A DNA stretch of 64,000 nucleotides from Octopus sinensis (Eukaryota). Location of the stretch: assembly GCF_006345805.1 (NCBI RefSeq), contig NC_043001.1, forward strand, positions 97,216,001 through 97,280,000, in the 5' to 3' direction. The notes below the pieces were generated by a model that did no database searches, had not been told where the DNA came from, and saw only the letters and a program-made list of their open reading frames with translations. Below, piece by piece: positions 56,605 to 64,000 of the stretch. The stretch's first letter is position 1. Each line of letters opens with the position of its first letter. A program made the translations under genes and the position numbers.

Positions 56605-56741
56605 CGAGTTAGAGAGACAAAGGTAAAACACACCTGAATGGGTTTGGTAGTAGTTCTTTAAGAGTATAAAAATTGACTATGGGGGTGATATATAAATGGG
56701 ACTATATTATTAAAATTCAAGGAGGTCATCTATATTAATCA

Positions 56742-57233
56742 TTATTCATATGAGTGAAAGGTGTGTTTTTGCCAGTGCATGCATCTATAGGATTTCTCGA
56801 CCATTGTATTTATTAAAGGGACTTTGGCGAACAAAATATGGAAAAGTTCGGAATTACAGACGCCACAAAATTTTCTGCCTTTATCAAACGGAAAGGATAC
56901 AGTCAATATGGACCATTCCAGCTTGAAAGTTGTATTACTGTCCTTAAGACGCCAAACTATTTTACTTAGTCCTGTGCTGTGTTGTTTTCTCTTATCTCGG
57001 AAAGTTGAATAATGGTTGGAGATCCTGTGGGCTAATTTAGAAGTAGTTGCCCCAATGTAGAAGAAGACATCGGTACCGGAAGAAATTTTGCACTGGTAAA
57101 TGGAATTTCTAATTTTGGAATTGCTGGATAAGAACTTTAATCTGTTAGGGTTTACCTCCGAGACTAAGACGGAGTTTTTATTGTTATGATTGGTGGTAGT
57201 ATTATTGCTAGCACTGACCACAATACTATTCAT
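56742..57233 (-). CDS. GIY-YIG endonuclease domain of the PLE (open frame within a truncated element)
   Basis: NSIYQCKI..YIGATT..RISNH..F..STGLSKIVWRLK..W..CGVCNSE. Confidence 0.8.
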   Translation of the reverse strand: MNSIVVSASNNTTTNHNNKNSVLVSEVNPNRLKFLSSNSKIRNSIYQCKISSGTDVFFYIGATTSKLAHRISNHYSTFRDKRKQHSTGLSKIVWRLKDSNTTFKLEWSILTVSFPFDKGRKFCGVCNSELFHILFAKVPLINTMVEKSYRCMHWQKHTFHSYE

Positions 57234-57828
57234 ATTATTATCATTACTATTAATTGTACTATCGTCGGTAAATTCCCTGATTATAGGAATACTGGTGTTG
57301 TTATCATCAATACAACCACTGTTATTATAAATGCTGTCGTTATTACCACTAACACTACCACTGTTAATAATCGACTAATATTATTATTAATATTACTATT
57401 GTTAATGCCAACGCTGTTATGAATGTTGCTATTATCAATACTATTTCTATTATTATTATTATTATATGTTTGGTTGGAATTGGTAAGGGCAGTGTCGCTA
57501 CTCCCGGGTGATGAGTCCTTATTTAGCAGCTTGTTATTATGGGAGGCAATGATCTGCGATATATTTCTAGTGTTGGAGAATGCAATCCTTACCTTATGCG
57601 AATTAATAGTAGAGTAATACCTAGAATTTATGGGGAAAGTTTCTAGCTACGGCTTCACGGAACTGTAAAGGGAGATTAGACGTGATTTGTTTCCCGAAAG
57701 GAATGACAAACCCTTATTCCTTCTAAATTAGGAATATGCAGCCTTCGAAACATATGTCGAAAATAAAATAAAGGAATTTTGTTAATTCGTCGTCCAACTC
57801 CATTCTTTCATTTATTTGTATATATATA

Positions 57829-57877
<49 letters not shown>

Positions 57878-57974
57878 CACACACCCAGACACACACCTAC
57901 ATCTATCTATCTACATAACTTCCCAGCAACTATTCTACTCCACCTCTGTGTTAGAGTATGATCTCTACTACGTA

Positions 57975-58520
57975 TATTTCCTATTTTGTACTGGAGATGT
58001 TTCTTTATGAGGACGTACTGCTGTATTTGTTTAAGAGTTGGGTTCATTGGGTGGTTGGATAAAATACGGATGTCAAGTTGACTCAGGTTGCCTCCATGTT
58101 GTTCCATGGCACGCTGGTAGATTATGGAGGACTGTTTTTGTCGTCATATTGGTTCAAATGTTCAATTAGTCGTTCCGCTATGCTCCGAGATATCTTCACT
58201 ATGTATGTCGTGTTCATTTCTTTACAAGCACCTCTATGAATCTTATGATGTAAACTATTTTTCTAGTTCTACAGTTAATGTCATGGCTAATCCTACATAC
58301 CATGCAGATATCATTGGTGCATATGGTATTATGGTATTCTGAAATGGGTACATCTTACATAGTTGTGCACTGACGGAGTTCCCTGGTTATTCAACAATCT
58401 TAATATTGAGTTTGGTCTCATTCAGAGCTTTCCTAAATCTACGGGCTAGTTCTCCACGGGCTGTGGCATCTACAAACATCACGCCTTGATATTTGTCGGT
58501 TTTATACAACGTGTTAACCC
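57975..58520 (-). pseudogene. PLE remnant of a third lineage (linker, Cys cluster, decayed GIY-YIG)
   Basis: YQGVMFVDATARGELARR..LNIKIVE*PG, CTNDICMVC..NCRTRKIVYII and SRSIAERLIEH. Confidence 0.7.
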
Positions 58521-59351
58521 TCTTTTTTAGTCACAAGTCCTTTGTTTCTATATCTAAAGCTTAAAACTGGCATCATATGAGTGTGTTAAATTATAAGGCA
58601 CTGAAAGGGAATGGTTCTCCCCAGACACAAAAGAATATGCTTCAACACACGAACACACATAAAGAATCTTGCAAACCAAATCCAAAATCGAAATACTTTA
58701 CTTGCCTTAACTTGAATTTAAACCAGAATCAGGTTTCACGCTACAAGATACCAGATATTGAAAAAATGAAATGATTTCCTCATTTAGGAAAATTTCAGCT
58801 GGTGGTAATGCAAGTAGCTCCGCTATTTAAAACAGACATAAAGATTTAAAGAATTTTCTATACTTCGAAGAATATGATACAAAGGAAACAAAAAGAGATT
58901 CTATGAGATATTATTGACACGCACTGTAGGCGATTCACAAAATCCTTTAACCAAAAGAAAATCAACGAGTCAAAGGAAATATGTGAGGCGTGGCAACAGA
59001 ACTAGTCTCATACATCATTTCTAAAACTGATTTGTCAAGCTGTCGACGTTATTCAACGACAAGTATCACTGTTATACGATAATTTTGGCTTTAGCCAAGA
59101 GAGTTTACGTCATGATGCTTGAAAAAAATTCGGATTTGTGTTGCCGATAAGATTGGTTGATGCTCAACTGAACTCGTGCGTGGAAATTTGGTTATGAATT
59201 CAAAATTAAAAAGTTAGGTATGCAGTAATTTCTATATGGTTAGAGTTTCGTGTGAAAATTAATTTACCTCTCGATTCGAAAAACAAAAAAAATGTCTATT
59301 TAGTAAAACTGATACAATTTCTAGTTCGTATGAATACTTCTTTATACAATA

Positions 59352-59725
59352 CTAGCAATTTGACCCGGCAACGCCGGGTCATAGCGCTAGTGCATACATA
59401 TACAGCTGCGTGCGTGCGCACTTACAGGCGAGTACTGTCCAAATCTCCGACCAATCACATACAGCTAGCTGGCATTCAATTGGCGTATCAAGTTTCGGGA
59501 ATTTTGATTGGGTTTTAGATAGAAAATTCACAAAAATGTCACTTATATTGATTTTTTAATGGCTTTGCGGGGTGACTGGGGAAATGTAAAGATGTGCACG
59601 ACCACCCTTGGACGGTTTTGAATGATAATAGAAAGTGCGAGACCTATAACTGAAAAATTGTGTATTTGTATAAAGGACACGCACACACATACAGACAGAC
59701 ATTTTGCAGTTTATATATATAGAGA
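59352..59725 (-). mobile_element. Non-autonomous Helitron-like element
   Basis: Minus strand starts A/TC-TCTATATAT and ends with hairpin TGACCCGGCGTTGCCGGGTCA then CTAG/T; GACA repeats near the 5' end. Confidence 0.72.
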
Positions 59726-60252
59726 TAAAGTAAGAGCAAAAACAAACTCAATGTAATCGTATGGCAGTTGAAAACACTTTAGGAGGACATTTCGGTTGGT
59801 GTATAGAATGCTTTCGAATGTGAAGCTGTGACAGAAATATGTTGACAGAAATATGATCTGTTATGAACTACTGTCTGGACATCTGAGAAAGATATCTCAA
59901 GTTCAATATATAATATATCAGTCGGTTATGCAAGGAATATGATTAGTGTTAGAAAGGCGGCGTGTTATTTACAGCGAATTTGAAAGGATTAAGCGCCTGT
60001 TGACAATAGAAAGGAAAGATGTATTGGAGAACTGTTTCTTTTATTTATATCAGGATAGCTTTTAGGCATCGTAGGTATAAAGATTGATAGTGGAATTCTA
60101 TGTGATTGTCAGGTTTCCTTTGATGGTTATTCTCAAGATATCTGTTTAGGGAAGCCGTGCAATTCAGGTGATTTACATATATACACATAGATGTACATAC
60201 GCATGAGTGTATGTGTGCGTGTTTTGGCGCATTCAATTATATATAATATATA

Positions 60253-60462
<210 letters not shown>

Positions 60463-60749
60463 AGAGCGTGAATCAAAATCCCCTTCAGCTTTTAGATGAT
60501 ATATAAAAATTACTCCGTTATAATCTTGTTTCCATTCGTTCCTAACACAAACTACTTTGCGTAATGAAAATGGCCATGTGAACTATCTATCTATCTATGC
60601 ATAGATTTTCATATATTTTAGAAAAACTTCAGGAAAGTGAAAGTACCTATCATTTAGCAATGACGACGGAGTGATTAGATAATAAAAGACGTTTCAGTAT
60701 ATATTACATAAAATAACAACTAGATTTTATAAAAATTCTCGCTTACGAT

Positions 60750-61101
60750 CCATAGGATGCTGGGTTCAGTCCCACTGCGTGGCACGTTCGACAAGTGTCT
60801 TCTACTACAGCCTCGGGCCAACCAAAGCGGATTTGGTAGACGGAAACTGAAAGAAGCCCGTCGCATATATGTGTATATATATGTATGTGTGTGTGTGTGT
60901 GCTGGCGTGTCTCTGTTTGTTCCCTCAACATCGCTTGACAACCGATGCTGGTGTGTTTACGTCCCCGTAACCTAGCGGTTTGGTAAAAGTCACCGATAGA
61001 AGAAGTACTAGGCTTCCAAAGAATAAGTCCTGGAGTTGATTTGCTCGACTAAAAGCGGTGCCCCAGCATGGTCACAGTCAAACGACTGAAACAATTGAAG
61101 A
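60750..61101 (+). mobile_element. SINE family A, 5'-clipped
   Basis: GGGTTCAGTCCCACTGCGTGGCAC through CAGCATGGTCACAGTCAAACGACTGAAAC. Confidence 0.88.
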
Positions 61102-61239
61102 GAACATATCATTTACAAAATTCTTCAACATTTACGTGTTATTAAAGGTAAGCCGTTTCGATATTCTGAGGAAAACAAGATTATTAACCATACACGATTC
61201 GGTTACAACAAGCGTCATCAGTACAGCATTTAGTTTGCA

Positions 61240-61632
61240 CTAGCAGTATCGCTCGGCGTTGCTCGGGTTTGTAAGGGAAAGAACTATAAAGCATTTTTAG
61301 AGAGTTATAGCCCAAAAATAGCAAAAAAATGCTTTAAAAATGGAAAAAATATGATGGTAAATTTTTTTTTAAATCGTTGACTCATCGTAGACATTTTTAG
61401 AGAGTTACTTCCCTTATATTAAAAAAATATGCATTAAAATGGAAAAAATTATGGTAAATTATTTTAAAAATCGTAGACTCATCGTAGACGCGCGCTAATA
61501 CCCAGAAGGGCTCGATATAAATCACGACTATAGGATACCCGGTTTTGGTTAAACTGCACCGCAAAATGTGGGAGTAGTTAGGAATCTAAATCGGAGTACA
61601 CAGACACACAACCTTACTTTTATATATAAAGA
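61240..61632 (-). mobile_element. Non-autonomous Helitron-like element (second family)
   Basis: Minus strand starts A/TC-TTTATATAT and ends CCCGAGCAACGCCGAGCGATACTG-CTAG/T; internal duplication with a period of about 110 bp. Confidence 0.75.
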
Positions 61633-61919
61633 TGATATGTGGCAGACGAGACACCTAAAAAAATTGCCCAAGCAATATATATCAATGAGGTTGCGTTAAG
61701 AGAGTGAACATGAGGTGGGGAGTAGTATTAGCGCGTTTGCACATGAGTGTCTGCATCTCACCGTTGGTACATGTTACATCAATGGCTGCGCTCGTTTGTT
61801 AGCGACAACTCAATTTACGTTTGGCAAATATGCGTTATACATTAAATAAAAAGCAAAACAATTTGCACAGACCACATTGCAAAGAGAGAAACCTTTAAAG
61901 AACTTCTGTATATGTACAA

Positions 61920-61970
<51 letters not shown>

Positions 61971-62045
61971 AGGCTATGCTCAGTATATTGGCATAGAAAT
62001 CTTTTTTCTTTTGCCCTTGTTTATAAATGATATACATATACATAC

Positions 62046-62108
<63 letters not shown>

Positions 62109-62217
62109 GTATATATATATGTATATATATATATAATATATATATATATATATGTGTGTGTGTCTATGTATGCATGTATGCATAGATGTGTGTTTCTATG
62201 TATATCTATCTATCTAC

Positions 62218-62273
<56 letters not shown>

Positions 62274-62305
62274 ATTATCTATCTATCGGTCTATCTATCT
62301 ACCTA

Positions 62306-62370
<65 letters not shown>

Positions 62371-62424
62371 TCACACTTACACACATTTGTGTGCATGTAT
62401 GCTTGTGTGTATACACCCTATCTC

Positions 62425-62465
<41 letters not shown>

Positions 62466-63272
62466 GCATATATATATATATACATATGAGCACTCATTCT
62501 AGTCAGCATAATTTCTCATTAATCATTATTAACTCTAATTGTACGAAATATATATATATGCAATTTATTTTGTATTATTATTTAACTACCAGCAGCGACG
62601 TAATGTCCTTCCTATTACATCTGTCATTAAGTGTAATTAGCAAAATAGTTATTTACCTTTCAGAAAGATTCCATCTATGTAAGTGCTTGAATGATGCAAA
62701 TTGACTAAATCTGACAATTTACGTTATATTTTTCCTGTTTATATATATATATATTCTTCTTATTTTGCTCTGTGCTAATGCTTGCTTTTTGTATATTGTT
62801 TTTATTATCTTGTTTCATTTCTTTAAAAAGAAGTGTATGAATGATATGTAAACAAATAACAAAAAAAAAAAAGAAAAAGAAAATGATAACAATATAGTAC
62901 ATTCATTTTTACATTTAGTCAATTATTAACAGAATACCATTCACGTATTGATAGTATTGGACATTAATTAGTAAATTGTTACTGTATTTGCCTCAATTAG
63001 GAAATATTTCACTGCCGCACAGCTATATATATATATATTATATATATATAATATATATATATAATATATATTATATATATATATATATTCGTGTGTGCGT
63101 CTGTGTGTGTGTCTGTGCGCGCGTGCGTGTGTGTATAAATGCATAACACTTATTTATGAAAACGTATCTACTTGAATCATATATACTTACAAACACGTGT
63201 GTTTATATATGCATGTATGTATATCGTATCTGTTACATTTTGCCTATGTCTCTCACTCTTTCTCGCAATATG

Positions 63273-63337
<65 letters not shown>

Positions 63338-63343
63338 GATATA

Positions 63344-63400
<57 letters not shown>

Positions 63401-63417
63401 CATACATATATATATAC

Positions 63418-63457
<40 letters not shown>

Positions 63458-64000
63458 CGTTCGTATATGAGTATATATGTATGAATGTATTTGCATGTGT
63501 CCTGTATTTGCTGTATTTGCTGTTCGGTTGTAGATAGTTTTATACAAAAGTATTACAAGATATATATATGTACGAACGAACGATTCCAAACAAGAAGTTT
63601 CGATTTCTGTTAGCAATGTTTCTGTGATACATAATGATATTAAGAAATATAAATGCTAAATAACCAAATGAACATAGAAACCATGGCTATATAATTAATT
63701 TGAATATATCTAACTACAGACGAAAATATAACCTCCCAGCATATATATTTCCAAGACAAAATTAAACGTACTGCAAATTTTCATTTCACAACCTGAACAA
63801 TTACCGAATAAAATACCCAAATATATTTTGTTTTCTGAAATGATTAACATATGTTCGTCTCTAATAATTTCGTATCTTATTCTTTTTTTTTACAGCATAT
63901 GTGCATTATTCTATAATATATTCAGGAAATAATATGTACAAGTACAAGTGAAATTAAGTATTCGAATTCAACGCAGCGTATGGTTTATAAAACAGTAAAT

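Larger units (their letters stand above)
56030..57820 (-). mobile_element. 5'-truncated Penelope-like element (Neptune-like endonuclease) with inverted pseudo-LTRs
   Basis: 56030-56139 is inverted at 57711-57820. GIY-YIG ORF inside, with an upstream INSHKVRIAFSNTRNISQIIASHN motif. Confidence 0.88.

Noticed and set aside
58950-60030. Possible very old mariner split by the Helitron-like element
   Set aside because: Only vague peptide resemblance; no diagnostic motif is intact.

Overview
AT-rich, microsatellite-saturated eukaryotic DNA. The two recurring tRNA-derived SINE families resemble octopus SINEs, so the source is probably an Octopus genome (inference). I find no intact host gene, and nearly all ORF-track entries are translated (TA)n/(CA)n/(TAA)n repeats. 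The window contains many SINE copies from two families, four Penelope-like element (PLE) coding remnants, an R4/Dong-like non-LTR remnant, two mariner remnants, two non-autonomous Helitron-like elements and a MITE. The main unexplained signal is a dozen or more minimal type I hammerhead-ribozyme (HHR) motifs with palindromic stem III, found by eye in several unrelated short elements. They occur in PLE pseudo-LTRs, in fold-back palindromes carrying twin HHRs (23.4, 41.4-41.9 and 48.3 kb), and in a 404-bp-period 1.5-mer (43721-44327) that has the architecture of a non-LTR retrozyme (candidate circular-RNA retroelement). All calls come from manual reading; boundaries of degenerate elements are approximate.
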